A stretch of DNA of 63,364 nucleotides, the filler included, from Octopus bimaculoides (taxonomy: Eukaryota), in the NCBI RefSeq assembly GCF_001194135.2. It is 6 parts of 6 records of this genome, joined end to end, with 100 filler letters (N's around TTAATTAATTAA, not from the genome) between each part and the next. Parts side by side here need not be neighbours in the genome. Positions count along the whole stretch, not along the records: positions 1 to 24,454 come from NC_068990.1; 5 more parts are not named here. The stretch is one strand, 5' to 3'. The notes under the pieces were generated by a model. That model was not told the DNA's origin, made no database searches, and saw only the letters and a program-made list of their open reading frames with translations. Below, in pieces: positions 1-13,609 of the stretch. Each line of letters opens with the position of its first letter. The first letter of the stretch is position 1. The position numbers and the translations under genes are program-made.

Positions 1-988
1 AGCCAGATGCCTGCACCAGGCTCCAATCTGATCTGGCAGAGTTTCTACAGCTGGATGCTCTTCCTAATACCAACCACTCCGAGAATGTAGTGGGTGTTTT
101 TACATGCCACCTGCACAGGAGCCAGTCCATCGGCACTGGCAACGACCTCGCTCGAATGTTGTTTTTCACATGCCACCGGCACAAGTGCCAGTAAGGTGAC
201 GCTGGTAACAATCACGCTCAAATGGTGCATTTTATGTGCCACCAGCATGGGAGCTAGTCAGTGCCCCTGGCAACGATCACGCTCGGACAGTGCTCTTAGC
301 ACTCCACTAGCATGGATGCCAGTCATGCTGTGCTGTCATCGAATTTGATTTCGATTTCACTTGCCTCAATAGGACTTTGCAAGCAGAGTTTAGTGTCCGA
401 TGAAGGAAAGGTACGCATAAATGGGCTGGTTACACCACTGGCATAGGCCAGAGGTTATGGTCTCACTTGCCTTGCTGGATCTTCTCAAGCACAGCATATC
501 TCCAAAGGTCTCGGTCACTGGTCATTGCTTCGGTGAAGCCTAATGTTCGAAGGTCGTGCTTCACCACCTCATTCCAGGCCTTCATGAGTCTACCTCTTCC
601 ACAAGTTTCCTCAACCACTAGGGTGTGACACTTTTTCACACAGCTATCCTCATCCATTCTCACCACATGACCATACCGGTGCAGTCGTCTCTCTTGTACA
701 CCACATCTGATGCTTCTTAGGTCCAACTTTTCTCTCAAGGTACTTACACTCTGTCGAGTATGCACACTGACATTACACATCCATCGGAGCATACTGGCTT
801 CGTTCCTTGCAAGCTTACGCATGTCCTCAGCAGTTTCACTGCCATGTAGCATGGCTGTTTGTACACATGTTTCATACAGTCTACCTTTTACTCTGAGCGA
901 GAGGCCCTTTGTCACCAGCAGAGGTAGGAGCTCTCAGAACTTTGCCTAGGCTATTCTTATTCTAGCAGCTACACTTTCAGAGCACCCA
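1..988 (-). mobile_element. 5'-truncated RTE-clade LINE (ORF C-terminus plus 3' UTR, continuing off the left edge)
   Basis: ORF 463-915 reads LSLRVKGRLY...MLRWMC...RRLHRYGHVVRM...RGR...W, the typical RTE C-terminus. The 3' UTR matches other copies in the window. Confidence 0.88.
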
Positions 989-1054
989 TATATATACATA
1001 TATACATACACATTTAAATATATACATAATATGTGCATGTATATAGATGCATAC

Positions 1055-1325
1055 CATCTTCATCATCATCATTTAACGTCCGTTTTCCATGGTAGCATGG
1101 GTTGGATGGTTTACAAGGGCCAACAAGCCAGGGGCTACGTCTGGCACCCGTCTGGTTTGGCATTATTTTTGTGGGTGGATGTCCTTCCTAACGCCACCAC
1201 TTTACAGCGTGGAGTGAGTGCGTTTACGTGGCACCACACGGAAGCATTGTTTCAACAGCTGAATACCCTTCCTAATGTCACCACTTTACAGCATGGACAG
1301 GATGCTTTTATGTGACACCAACTCG
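1055..1325 (-). mobile_element. RTE-type 3' tail (divergent subfamily)
   Basis: (CAT)n-ttaacgtccgttttccatg...gggttgga...ggatgtccttcctaacgcca, homologous to the RTE 3' end. Confidence 0.6.
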
Positions 1326-1326
1326 G

Positions 1327-1377
<51 letters not shown>

Positions 1378-1725
1378 CACACACATATATATATAAGTGC
1401 ATATATATATGTATTATATATANNNNNNNNNNNNNNNNNNNNNNNNNNNNNNNNNNNNNNNNNNNNNNNNNNNNNNNNNNNNNNNNNNNNNNNNNNNNNN
1501 NNNNNNNNNNNNNNNNNNNNNNNNNNNNNNNNNNNNNNNNNNNNNNNNNNNNNNNNNNNNNNNNNNNNNNNNNNNNNNNNNNNNNNNNNNNNNNNNNNNN
1601 NNNNNNNNNNNNNNNNNNNNNNNNNNNNNNNNNNNNNNNNNNNNNNNNNNNNNNNNNNNNNNNNNNNNNNNNNNNNNNNNNNNNNNNNNNNNNNNNNNNN
1701 NNNNNNNNNNNNNNNNNNNNNNNNN

Positions 1726-1955
1726 GGGTGGCACATAAAAGACACCATTTCGTGCGTGGCCGTTTTCGTGCGGGTGACACGTAAAAGCACCCACTACACT
1801 CTCTGAGTGGTTGGCGTTAGGAAGGGCATCCAGCTGTAGAAACTCTGCCAAATTAGACTGGAGCCTGGTGTTGCCATCCGGTTTCACCAGTCCTCAGTCA
1901 AATCGTCCAACCCATGCGAGCATGGAAAGCGGACGTTAAACGATGATGATGATGA
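1726..1955 (+). mobile_element. RTE LINE 3' end with (GAT)n tail
   Basis: Reverse complement of the 3' UTR at 6625-6915 and 11795-12000; ends ggacgttaaacgatgatgatg. Confidence 0.85.
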
Positions 1956-2710
1956 TATATATACACACACACACATACACATACATACACACATATATAC
2001 ATCATATACACAATCATACAGATACATACATATATATATATACACATACACACACACACCTATACATATATATGCATACATATATATATGCACACACACC
2101 CACATACACATTATACTCTGATTTAAATAAACTGAAAGGCAGCCCATCCTTAACATGGCTGTTTAGTTTATTAGAAATTGCAGTTATTAAACATACAAAA
2201 CAGCCTATATTCTGATCTCCTAATATGCCGCAAAGGGAAAAAAAGTCTTTTGCAATATATTAAGTGGTGAGATTAGTTGATAGCACCTGAAAACAAAACG
2301 TGCAAAAAAAAATAACTCCGATGTGGTGGGGAGGAATTTCCGAGGTGCAGATTGACTGGGAACCTGGGGCCCACCAAAACTGTTCCCAGTTGGGCTCTGC
2401 ACCTCCTAAGGCCGGCCCTGTATTGTGGAATGGAACCTGGAACTACATGGTTGCTTCTTAAACCAACCTGTCATGCCTTTCAGATATTTTTGTTCTTAAA
2501 CTCTCCTGCACCAATTCATTCAAATTGCCTTTTTTCCCCATTTTTTTGACTGAGAAAGTTGTGCTTGCAAGTCAGGATCTAGAGTGTGTCTGTAAGTGCC
2601 TTTATGAGAACAATTTTGTAAAAACATAGAAGGGAAAACAAACAAGTAAAGAAAACTATATTCAGTTATTATCAATCATTTTCATAACTTTTCAAACTGT
2701 CTGTTTTTAG

Positions 2711-2896
2711 GTTCTGGGTTGTGTCATGGTGGCCATGAGTATGGTAACACGTTTGCAGCGTGAAGAAATCAGTCTGTTTGAGTCTATCGATATGGATCCT
2801 GTATACTTTGTATTAGGAATGGGTGCTTTTGTTGTATTTATTAGTCTTCTTGGCTGCCTTGGAGCTTTAAGGGAAAGTGTTTGGACTCTTCATTTT
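2711..2896 (+). CDS. Tetraspanin (TspanC8-like) coding exon: end of TM1, EC1, TM2 (gene is 5'-partial; the first coding exon lies upstream of the window)
   Basis: tttttag acceptor and gtaagt donor; 186 nt, phase 0. Translates VLGCVMVAMSMVTRLQREEISLFESIDMDPVYFVLGMGAFVVFISLLGCLGALRESVWTLHF, with the tetraspanin GCLGALRE motif. Confidence 0.93.
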
Positions 2897-5242
2897 GTAA
2901 GTATTTAGTTCTACATTATACATTTTATTTTCCTTTTTATGCTTTTCAACTAAGTATTACTCCTGAATTTCACCCTTCAATCATCTGGCATCTTAAATGA
3001 CCTGATTACAACAGTCAAGGTACCTTGGCTCTGGGGTATCTTAACCATCTAGGAGAGTTGCAATGCAAACAGTAACACAGAATGTAGCAGTAGAGAGATA
3101 TCCAGGAATCATGACCTGAAAGTGACTCAGGCCGTTAGAGTGTAATTGCTAAAACATTTGCCTAAGTTTGGGGGCTTCTTCTTTGAAGACCTTCAGCTCT
3201 TCAGCTCTCCTTAGTGTTTCTTATTACCTACATTTCATTTTAATTCTTTTGCTTTACAACTGAATGCTACCCCTAAACCTCAGAAAATAAAGTCTTATTT
3301 TTGCACGATATTTCTCTGTTTCAGTTTATTTAGAAAATAATCAAGAATTTGGACAGATTTAGTGAAATAACTAATCATGACATAATTTAGCTAATGTTTT
3401 GAAGATAACAAAAAGTTTCTTTTTTTCTTTTCATTTTCTTTGCTGGATCTAGAGAAAGAGACAATACCCATGGTCTTGTCTGGTTCTTTAGGATTGGTGT
3501 GATTAATGCCATCAATGTTTCTCTTGAACCTTTCTTACAAAGGTTCAAAAGAAAAAACATTGACTTGCTCAACACCAGTGGGAAAGATATAAGCTGAGAG
3601 GAAGTTCCAGATGGCTGATTTCCTGGGAAGGATAGAATGGACATAGAGATTTGTGTGGAGCTATGGGGTGGACACAACAAGGGTGATGAGAGGAGAAGAG
3701 AAAAGTGGGTTGGTATTGTCTGAATAAAGATGGCATGAACCCAACGAGGTCTGGGAAGCAGAGACCATTATAATAGTGATAGGGAAAACAGAGAAATAGG
3801 GAGACAGTGTACTTGTGAGTCAGAGCTGGAGCATGTCAACGAGAGACTTCAGGCCAAACAGACAAGTGATCCTTTTCTTATTGCAGTCAAGGATATATTG
3901 TGTGTAGCAGCAGTACTGGCTAAGATTTTCTTCATACACCATCAGACAGTGACAAAGTGAAATAAATTGTTGAAGCATACATGAATAGCATTTAAGGCTC
4001 TTAGATTCAATGTCCCAAAATATAAGATATTAGGTTTCAGGGTAATTGTTTATCAGTTTGTATTCCATTCCAAAATCAACAAAGAAAACCTTAGTAACAT
4101 GGATATTTAACTGTTCTCTTTCATAATTGCTAGTGGCAGTAGGGTAAGATTCTGCTCATAGTTGCACTCTAATAGTGCGCACCATTTCATATTTAAAATT
4201 ATCCCTGTATCTGTGTGCATATGTGTACACATAACACAGACAGACAGAGGCAGTGAATTAGCAGACTTGTTTAAGCGTTGGCTAAAATGACTGATGGTAT
4301 TTATTTTAGCTTCTTGCATTATGGATTCAAATCCCTCTGAGTCAACTTTACCTTTTATCATTCTGGGAAAAATAAAGCGCCAATCTCAGGTGGCAGATTG
4401 ATAGATTTGTTTGACTGGATGCTTTGTAATGTTTGTTCCAGTTTTTTGCTTTCTGAGTTCAAGTCATGCCATAGCCTACTTGGGTGGTAAACTTAATCTG
4501 TCACCCAGTTTATCACCACCAATTGGCCCTCAGGTGTCTTTAGTAGAATTCATTCTGTTGCAAGCATTTGAGCTAGGTCTCAGATTTGAGGACACTTCTC
4601 TCTCTCTTTCTTTCTCCCACCCCATACCCTACCCTCCTACCAACTCCCTACCCCACTTTCCCATCTGTCTCAGATGCTCTGAGAAGGGTCATGGGCACTG
4701 CTCTTCCCTCTTGACTAAATGGTAAAAAAAAAAGAAAAGGTATCTAGCATATCTCTCTTTTCCAATTTGAATTCAGTTTCTTTTTCACCATTGGCCTGCA
4801 TATTTTATACTTTACTTATATAAATATATATATAAAGCATAGTAACAAGTACATTTTCCTAGCTAATTCTTTATAAATTGTTTCAGTTATATTGCTTTTT
4901 CCCCATATGTATCTTGTTGTTTTGAAGTTCTACTCAGTTGTTTGTGTAGATCTAGAGAAAAATGTCTTATTGACTATCTGGCAATATCATATCAGTACAA
5001 TTGACAATATATACTATGATTATCACTGCATGTTCCATATAATTGCAGTATAAAGCTCTAATACTGAGTTTGTATTCAAGAAATTAAAATTTCTAAGTAT
5101 TCACCTTCTTATATGTATTTTTTTCAATTTTTTTATATGGATTCTCTGGTCATGATTAAAAGTAGTTTTCTCTCTTCATTTGAGTATCTATGTGAATAAT
5201 CTTTTTTGCTATGATTTCAGTTGTAATATTTATTCTTTACAG

Positions 5243-5413
5243 TTCTGTATTTGTGTGATGATGATATTCTTGCTAGAAATTGTCACATTTGTCTTTGCCC
5301 TCACACTAATGTCAAACATCCAAGGAAATATAACTCACAGTATCAGCAAAGGTATCAAACAATATGGATTGAATCAGAAAAAAGATGCTGTACTTGATGA
5401 CCTTCAACAAAAG
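5243..5413 (+). CDS. Tetraspanin coding exon: TM3 and start of EC2
   Basis: ttacag acceptor and gtaagc donor; 171 nt, phase 0. Translates FCICVMMIFLLEIVTFVFALTLMSNIQGNITHSISKGIKQYGLNQKKDAVLDDLQQK, with the polar Glu in TM3 and D-x-LQ before CCG. Confidence 0.92.
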
Positions 5414-6624
5414 GTAAGCTTAATATTGATTTCTTACAAATATCACAAGGACATGTATAGGGGGAAGGTATAATTGGCAGTTTATTGTAACTGTTGTTGT
5501 TGCAGTCCCAAGTTACCGGTTGTTGAACATATCTATGACATACAATACTACAGATAACATCTTCCTCTGATGAACAGATCTGCTTGAAATTGTAGAATTT
5601 TCTTCTTCCTCATCGAAAACCAATTTCTTTCACATTTAAATTGATTATACTCACTAACTGGCAATGCAAACCAGAGCTAGTTACCCCTAGATCCTACTGT
5701 TTCTCTCATTGCTCTGTTACAGGTGTTTGGGTTGATTGGGTTTGATAGTAGTAACATGCTACTTACTATAGATTACTGGGTAGCGGTTCCTAGTAGGAGA
5801 AATGATATTTGGATTAATGAAAGCAACAAATAGGTTAAGTAAGATGGAGATGAAATCAGAGGATTCCTGTGAGCAAAATATTGTAGAGCAATAGTCTGTA
5901 AATAAAGTAGATTTTTTTTGTATTTAATGTCATCAAGGTTATTGAAGGGCAGGTATATGACTATACCGGTGGATGACTAATATATTCATATCCATTCTTT
6001 GTTTTTGAAGCTGATCAAGACTCACTGCTTAGATACTGAAAGCATTTCTTAAAGAATATTGTCAATAAAGTAAGCAACCATGTAGGTAATCTGAGATTAA
6101 GGATGGCTCCTGTCTATATACCTTCCATGTGCTCCCATGAGTTATGTAACTATGGAAATGTTAATATTTCATTGTTGCACATGTCTGTGATACCCCAACA
6201 ACCACAATGAAAGATCCACTATTTATTTGTGGTTTGAAGAAATTTGATATTTTATTTATGCTGGAAAAGTTTTAACAGGCATTTGATTTGAATTTTAGTG
6301 ACGGAGGGTTGCACTTAATTAGCCTCCCTTTCTCATCTCTGTCTTCTCAATGCAATGCCAAGGAATGTCAGAGACAACACTGGATATATCAGGGATCTAG
6401 TGAGATGGCTAATGTGTCTCACTGTGCTCTGAATTATGTGTGCTACAGTGACATTGCTGGATATTACCTTTCTGACCACTGAATCTTGGCCTGCAATGGT
6501 TGAGTCTTTTCGCACAGCACAGTCCATTGGAAAGCCAGTCTTAGTATGCATCTTAAACATGTATTCATACACAGTATTGACTGGCCACTACACTTCTGAA
6601 TTTATCTGCCCTTTGAAAGGTTTT

Positions 6625-7870
6625 CATCATCATCATCATCATCATCATTTAACGTCCGCTTTCCATGCTGACATGGGTTGGACAGTTTGACTGAGGACTG
6701 GCGAGCCAGATGGCTGCACCAGACTTCAATCTGATCTGGCAGAGTTTCTACAGCTGGATGCCCTTCCTAATGCCAACCACTCCAAGAGTGTTGTGGGTGC
6801 TTTTACATGCCACTGGCACGAGGGCCAATCAGGCAGTACTGGCAACGGCCACGCTCAACTGGTGTATTTTACGTGCCACCTGCACAGGTGCCAGTCCAGC
6901 AGCACTGGCAATGACNNNNNNNNNNNNNNNNNNNNNNNNNNNNNNNNNNNNNNNNNNNNNNNNNNNNNNNNNNNNNNNNNNNNNNNNNNNNNNNNNNNNN
7001 NNNNNNNNNNNNNNNNNNNNNNNNNNNNNNNNNNNNNNNNNNNNNNNNNNNNNNNNNNNNNNNNNNNNNNNNNNNNNNNNNNNNNNNNNNNNNNNNNNNN
7101 NNNNNNNNNNNNNNNNNNNNNNNNNNNNNNNNNNNNNNNNNNNNNNNNNNNNNNNNNNNNNNNNNNNNNNNNNNNNNNNNNNNNNNNNNNNNNNNNNNNN
7201 NNNNNNNNNNNNNNNNNNNNNNNNNNNNNNNNNNNNNNNNNNNNNNNNNNNNNNNNNNNNNNNNNNNNNNNNNNNNNNNNNNNNNNNNNNNNNNNNNNNN
7301 NNNNNNNATTTCCAAAGGTCTTGGTCACAAGTCATTGCCTCGGTGAAGCCTAATGTTCGAAGGTCGTGCTTCACCACCTCATCCCAGGCCTTCCTGGGTC
7401 TACCTCTTCCACAGGTTCCCTCAACTGCTAGGGTGTGGCACTTTTTCACACAGCTATCCTCATCCATTCTCGCCACATGACCATACCAGTGCAGTCGTCT
7501 CTCTTGCACACCACATCTGATGCTTCTTAGGTCCAACTTTTCTCTCAAGGTACTTACACTCTATTGAGTATGCACACTGACATTACACATCCATCGGAGC
7601 ATACTGGTTTCATTCCTTGAAAACTTATGCATGTTTCACTGCATTCGTACACATGCATCATACAGTCTACATTTTACTCTGAGCGAGAGGCCCTTTTTCA
7701 CCAGCAGAGGTAAGAGCTCTCTGAACTTTGCCCAGGCTATTCTTATTCTAGCAGCTACACTTTCAGTACACCCACTCCCGCTACTGACTTGGCACCAAGG
7801 TAATGGAAGCTATCAACTACTTCTAGTTTTTCTTCCTGGAATGTGGCAGAAGTTGTTCTCTGGACATTTT
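6625..7870 (-). mobile_element. 5'-truncated RTE LINE with internal N gap
   Basis: (CAT)n tail at the left; 7308-7870 closely matches 495-985 (ERRLHWYGHVARM; RIRIAWAKFRELLPLL). Confidence 0.88.
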
Positions 7871-8851
7871 CAATGTTTTATTTTTCATATTGCAGTGTAT
7901 CGAAAACCTTTCTCATGAAGCAGGTTTAAGGGGGTTGCCAGTTCAGTTGCTAATGACCCCAGTCGTGCAAGAGGTTGTACTGGGTATTTATTTGCCTATA
8001 ACATTCTATTGTTGTGACAACTATTCAGGAAGCAGGGAGGAAACTGTCAACATTGAGCTATTCTTAGTTGTATCAAATTTGTCTCATAAGTAATGAACCA
8101 ATGGGAAAGCTTGAATATATTATTTTAATGTTATGAAACTTCAATAACATACCATTAATGTAACTCTGGTAGCTATCAGAAAACGAAAAGTCACAAGCTG
8201 AGGGAAAAGAATCTCCAAACTGGGATGTGTTTGATAACGTACCTTGAAAGGGAAAATTTCTTTTCAATTTATGTCATAAGTTAATTCATGTTTTATTTGA
8301 TTTGCTTTTCAAGCTTACGTTTCATGTTTTTAAGTTTAACAGATTTAAAACAAAGTATAATGCTCTGTATAAGCGATATACTTTTCTTTTATCATTATGC
8401 AATATATTAACTATTTAAGTGATTATCTGGTTGTTGTGATCAGTAAACTTTGTTATACATCAGTTTTACAATGTGATAAGTCCAATGTTTTATTAGTTAG
8501 TTATGAAGAGAGAAGTAAAAAGAGGTTGGTATACTCAATGTTCAATTTAGATTGTTAGGAATTTCTTATTGAAGAGTTTACATGGGGAAAGAGAAATTCT
8601 GTGAAAGATTTAGTACCCTGTTTATTATAAGATCCACTGGGAGATACTAATTTTAGACCAATAGCTCATAACTTGAGTGATTGTACACCCTTATGGGTGT
8701 TGTGAGCTTACAAATATCAAAGAAATGTAAACAAGGCACTGAGTACTTGGAAGAGCTGTAATGTTTCTTAGAAATAAAATTTTAAAATTAGATATGATAC
8801 TGATATTTTTAACACAGTTTCAAACATAAACTTTCGGCACAATTAGAATAT

Positions 8852-9073
8852 ACTCTTTTACTCTTTTACTTGTTTCAGTCATTTGACTGTGGCTATGCTG
8901 GAGCACCGCCTTTAGTCGAGCAAATTGACCCCAGAACTTATTCTTTGCAAGCCTAGTACTTATTCTATCGGTCTCTTTTGCCGAACTGCTAAGTTACGGG
9001 GACCTAAGCACACCAGCATCTGTTGTCAAGTGATGTTGGGGGTGGGGGGCACAAACACAGTCACAAAAAACAT

Positions 9074-9108
<35 letters not shown>

Positions 9109-9280
9109 CATATATACGACGGGCTTCTTTCAGTTTCCATCTACCAAATCCACTCACAAGGTTTTGGTCGGCCCAAGACTATAGAAGAAGACACTTGCCC
9201 AATGTGCCACGCAGTGGGACTGAACCCAGAACCATGTGGTTGGTAAGCAAGCTACTTACAACACAGCCACTCCTACGCCT
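8852..9280 (-). mobile_element. Full-length tRNA-derived SINE family A (CORE-like centre, internal microsatellite, (AAAAGAGT)n tail)
   Basis: Head aggcgtaggagtggctgtg..gggttcagtccc (A/B boxes), a ttgggcaagtgtctt CORE-like segment, and many copies in the window. Resemblance to octopus OR2-type CORE-SINEs is from memory. Confidence 0.8.
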
Positions 9281-9656
9281 GAGAAGGACATTTTGTTATC
9301 AGCAAACAGAAATATGACAAATGATATAAGCCCTTGCCATTAGTAATTTTCATAAAAATTTAACATAGCAGGGCATTAGTTCAACCAAATATTTAAACAA
9401 ATACACATACTGGAGGGTATAGAATATGAAAATATAGATAATAAACCACTAGCTTCTGTTCAAATTAAAATAATTTGGGAAGTGAAATGGTGTTTTATAA
9501 ATGTGCTGAGCTACACTGGTTTAACCAACAGGAAAATGGGAGGTAAGAGCACTGACTGGGTTTATGGAGAAAATATATAATCAATAACTTTAGAAGAAAT
9601 GGAACTCCTCAGATCTCATTGACTGTATGAAATCTAAGTAGTGGAGAGAGCAGGTA

Positions 9657-9863
9657 CAAGAAGGTGCTAAAATTACTTGGCTTTGGGTAAGAGAAAATAC
9701 ATGAGGGTCAGTTAATTATGATTTTATTGAACATATTCCCCTTTCAGATTCACACACTTATTGCAGTGGTCCTTCAGTTTTTCTGAGCCTTATAAAAGAA
9801 CTCAGAAAATTGGGTCTCCAACCAGGCCTTTTGCAATACCAGGAACTTTTCAGCACCCCCTTT
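9657..9863. mobile_element. Tc1/mariner-type MITE (~210 bp)
   Basis: Homologous to 19005-19221; imperfect ~29-bp TIRs; TA flanks. Confidence 0.65.
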
Positions 9864-10133
9864 TAGTTGCTCTGAAATCCTTGTGTTGATGAATGAGGAT
9901 TTCTTATCAAGTGTGCAGCCTTTTTTATGCGGACAATATTCTGGAGTATGTATCTGCATAAATGGTTCACTGAACTAGACATATGATCAGTATTGTGTAT
10001 AATCAGTTTTGTATAGCATATCTGTGCCTCATATAGAGACAGAAACTATTTAGAAGTGAAATATTTCAAGATTCTTGAAAGGAACCTAATCTTTTGTTAA
10101 ATGATGTGTGATCACTGTGAAAGGTTATCAGAT

Positions 10134-10274
10134 ATTCTTTTCTACTCTAGGCACAAGGCCTGAAATTTTTGGGGAGTGGGGGCCAGTTGATTAGATCAAC
10201 CCCAGTATGCAACTGGTACTTAATCTATTGACACTGAAAGGACGAAAGGCAAAATCGACCTTGGCGGAATTGAA
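10134..10274 (-). mobile_element. SINE family B (Deu/Nin-domain-like), partial
   Basis: Reverse complement of gcctttcgtcctttc..gtcaatagattaagtaccag..., ending in the gtgcctagagtagaaaaga tail. Confidence 0.7.
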
Positions 10275-11794
10275 AGGTTATCAGATATTATAATGCAGTG
10301 GTTCTTAATTTGGGTGACAGTATTCTCTTGGAGGCATTTTGAGCTCATAAGGAGGCTCTTTTATTGGAGGGGCTGGGTGTTTAGAAGGATCATATTTTTT
10401 CTTAGAAATAAAATATTTAGACTAGGTACAATATTTATATTTCAAACACATTAAGAAAATATTTGTTGGGACTGAAATATAAATAGAATATTGTGTTGCC
10501 TGTGATCAGAAATGAGATGTTGTACTGAAGTCCAATGTAATTTCATTGTATAAGATGTCACCTTGTTTTAATAATTTCCATGAAAATTTAATATTGGGGG
10601 TACTAATCTGTGCAAATATCTAAAAAGTGACATACAGAATGGTATAGTATACAAAAATATGGATAATAAGATCATTGAGTAAAATTAATTTCTGTCTCTC
10701 TGTTTGAATAAATCAATTTGCTATTGCTTCTATTATTTTTTATTAACATGGGAAAGTGGTATTTGTAAAACACTATTTGTGAAAGTTGGTGCTGAGTTAC
10801 AAATGGTTGAGAATCACTGTTTTAAAGTATTATATTTGTGATAATTTTAACTGTATGTCGATTATGATTTTAAAAAGGCGTACATATTGTGGATTTGATT
10901 TTCACATTTCAATACTTGCCAGTACCTGCAATAAGGTTTATTTTGTTGAAATTAAAAGCATTAGTATCCGTTAAAAACAAACTATGAGTTAATTACAGTT
11001 GTGTGACTTCCTTAGGTTTGCAAATATATATCATAGTTATCATTAATAGTTTTATACCAACAAAAGTAGTAATGGTTAAGTAGATATATTGTTGTAGGTT
11101 GCTGCCTTCAGGTTGTAAGTTTGAAACATTTAGAGGGATGCTAACAGTGAAGTTCTTGTCATCTTTGGTGGCTCACCTTACGAAGGTGTCAGGTGAAGCC
11201 CATGAGGGTGCTTGGCAGTTCCAATGCCATAGCCTCATCATCACCCCTGGTAATGCTGTGAGCATGTTGGCATGCTTCAATAGGTTCTGTTGAACCTTGT
11301 GGTGTGCAACCAATTGAAGCATGTAGTGTTGAATTGATATTTTTTCTTTCTTTTTCAATCTTTTTTCCTCTTTTTCCTTTTTTATTCTTTTTTTTCTTTC
11401 TTCATTTATGTTTGTGTTTTCTTCTGTTTTGTATTTGTATTTTAATGTGAGTTTTATATTATATATGTATCATATACATGTATGTTGCATATGTAATTAT
11501 TAAATTATCTCAATTTTCAACAAAGTGGTCTGAAAATAGAAAAAAGTTCAAAACTTCCAGTCATAAGTTGTATTTTGGGGCATGATATTTAATCCTTATT
11601 TATTTAAATTTTGACGCATATTTAAGGGTAATTAAGAAATTGATATATTTATTTTAATTATTTTACATATGTGTAATTTACTTTTACAAAAACATTGTGC
11701 AATATTTTTACCTATGTTATTACATCTTGTATTATTACTTCACTATTCTTCGCTATTAATCTATACTTTTACTTAGCTTATGGATTACTACAGA

Positions 11795-12430
11795 TCATCA
11801 TCATCATCATCATCGTTTAATGTCTGCTTTCTATGCTGGCATGGGTTGGACGATTTGACTGAGGACTGGTGAACCAGATGGTTACACCAGGCTCCAATCT
11901 GATCTGGCAGAGTTTCTACAGCTGGATGCCCTTCCTAACACCAACCACTCCGAGAGTGTAGTGGGTGCTTTTACGTGCCACCGGCACGAAGGCCAGTCAG
12001 GCAGTACTGGCAACGGCCATGCTCAAAATGGTGTATTTTACGTGCCACCTGCACAGGAGCCAGTCCAGTGGCACTGGCAATGATCTCGCTCGAATGTCTT
12101 TACACGTGCCACCAGCACAAGTGCCAAGAAGTCGACACTGGGCACAGGTGCCGTCACGATTTCGTTTTCGCTTGCCCCAACAGGTCTTCACAAGCCGAGT
12201 TTCGTGTCCTGCATAGGAGCCAGTCCAGCGGCACTGGCAACGATCTCACTTGAATGTCTTTACACATGCCACTGGAACAAGTGCCAGGAAGGCGACGCTG
12301 GGAACAGATGCCATCACGATTTCGCTTTCGCTTGTTCCAACAGGTTTTCACAAGCCAAGTTTCATGTCCAATGGAGGAGACGACGTTGGCATGGGTGCCA
12401 GTCCTCGAATTTAGTTCGATTTCAATTCCG
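11795..12430 (-). mobile_element. RTE LINE 3' UTR copy with a 160-bp internal tandem duplication
   Basis: (CAT)n tail; units starting at 12048 and 12208 (cctgca..ggagccagtccag..ggcactggcaa) are direct repeats. Confidence 0.85.
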
Positions 12431-13444
12431 ATAACTGTCAGTAATTCATATATTGTCACAGGCACAGCATATTATTTATAGCCAAGATCATGTGATTCTT
12501 ATTGCCTCAGTTTATGTAACTGTAAAGAGATACTATAATGAGTAGGTATATCTCACTTCTCTAAACACTGAAAGCATTTTTAATTAACAAGTGCTTCATC
12601 AGCTTGCTGTGCTGAGTTCCAAATGCTCTTATGGACTAGGTTAAGTTGGTTAGAAATCACTCAGGTACTCAGTGTCAAATCAGAATCTACAGCCACTACA
12701 TTCAGCTTTACTATTGAATCTGAATCCTGGTTTTGGTTATAACTTGCAAATGATGACTGAGGTATAAACGTTTCACTCTACTTTGAACTCACCATGAACA
12801 GATTAAGAACAATCATTATGGATTCCTGGAAGATTACAAAGAAGAGATACATTTTACATTATTTATATAACCAAGTGGTTGGAGTGTAGGGCTCATGATC
12901 ATAAGTTTGTGTGTTCAATTCCTAGACCAAGCAGTGCATTATCTCTTTAAGCAAGCACACTATATCATGTTGTGCTAATTAACATGGTTAAAAATGAGTA
13001 CCAGCCCAGTGCTTGCACTGCCTTCTCTCTTTCCAGCTTTCACATCCTGAATCTTCTTTTGAGCGAAAGATGGGAGAACAGAGGGTGTACTTATATTTGC
13101 TTAAGACTACATAGGTATTTAAAACAGTTGTAAAAAATGTAGAACAAATACTAAGTGTTATTGGTTGTAAGAGATGGCTATGCTTCCATGCTATTTTTTC
13201 ACTGAAGTGACTATTGTAGTTGCATATTTTTATACTGTTAAAATCATCATATATATATATATANNNNNNNNNNNNNNNNNNNNNNNNNNNNNNNNNNNNN
13301 NNNNNNNNNNNNNNNNNNNNNNNNNNNNNNNNNNNNNNNNNNNNNNNNNNNNNNNNNNNNNNNNNNNNNNNNNNNNNNNNNNNNNNNNNNNNNNNNNNNN
13401 NNNNNNNNNNTATATATATATATATATATATTCCTTTAATTCAG

Positions 13445-13609
13445 TATAGTTGTTGTGGTACTAAGACATATGAAGATTGGAATTTTAATCCATTCTTCAA
13501 CTGCAGTGCTCATGGACATCTTACATGTAAGGTACCAGATTCTTGCTGCCACCCACCAGTCATTACTCGATGTGGATTACTATGGAATTTGCCACGAACA
13601 AGTCACAGT
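13445..13609 (+). CDS. Tetraspanin coding exon: EC2 CCG domain
   Basis: ttcag acceptor and gtaagt donor; 165 nt, phase 0. Translates YSCCGTKTYEDWNFNPFFNCSAHGHLTCKVPDSCCHPPVITRCGLLWNLPRTSHS, with CCG, DWxxNxFFNC and PxSCC motifs. Confidence 0.94.

Noticed and set aside
11096-11330. Higher-GC island in tetraspanin intron with short ORFs
   Set aside because: No recognisable motif in any frame and no convincing splice pair; likely an old TE fragment.
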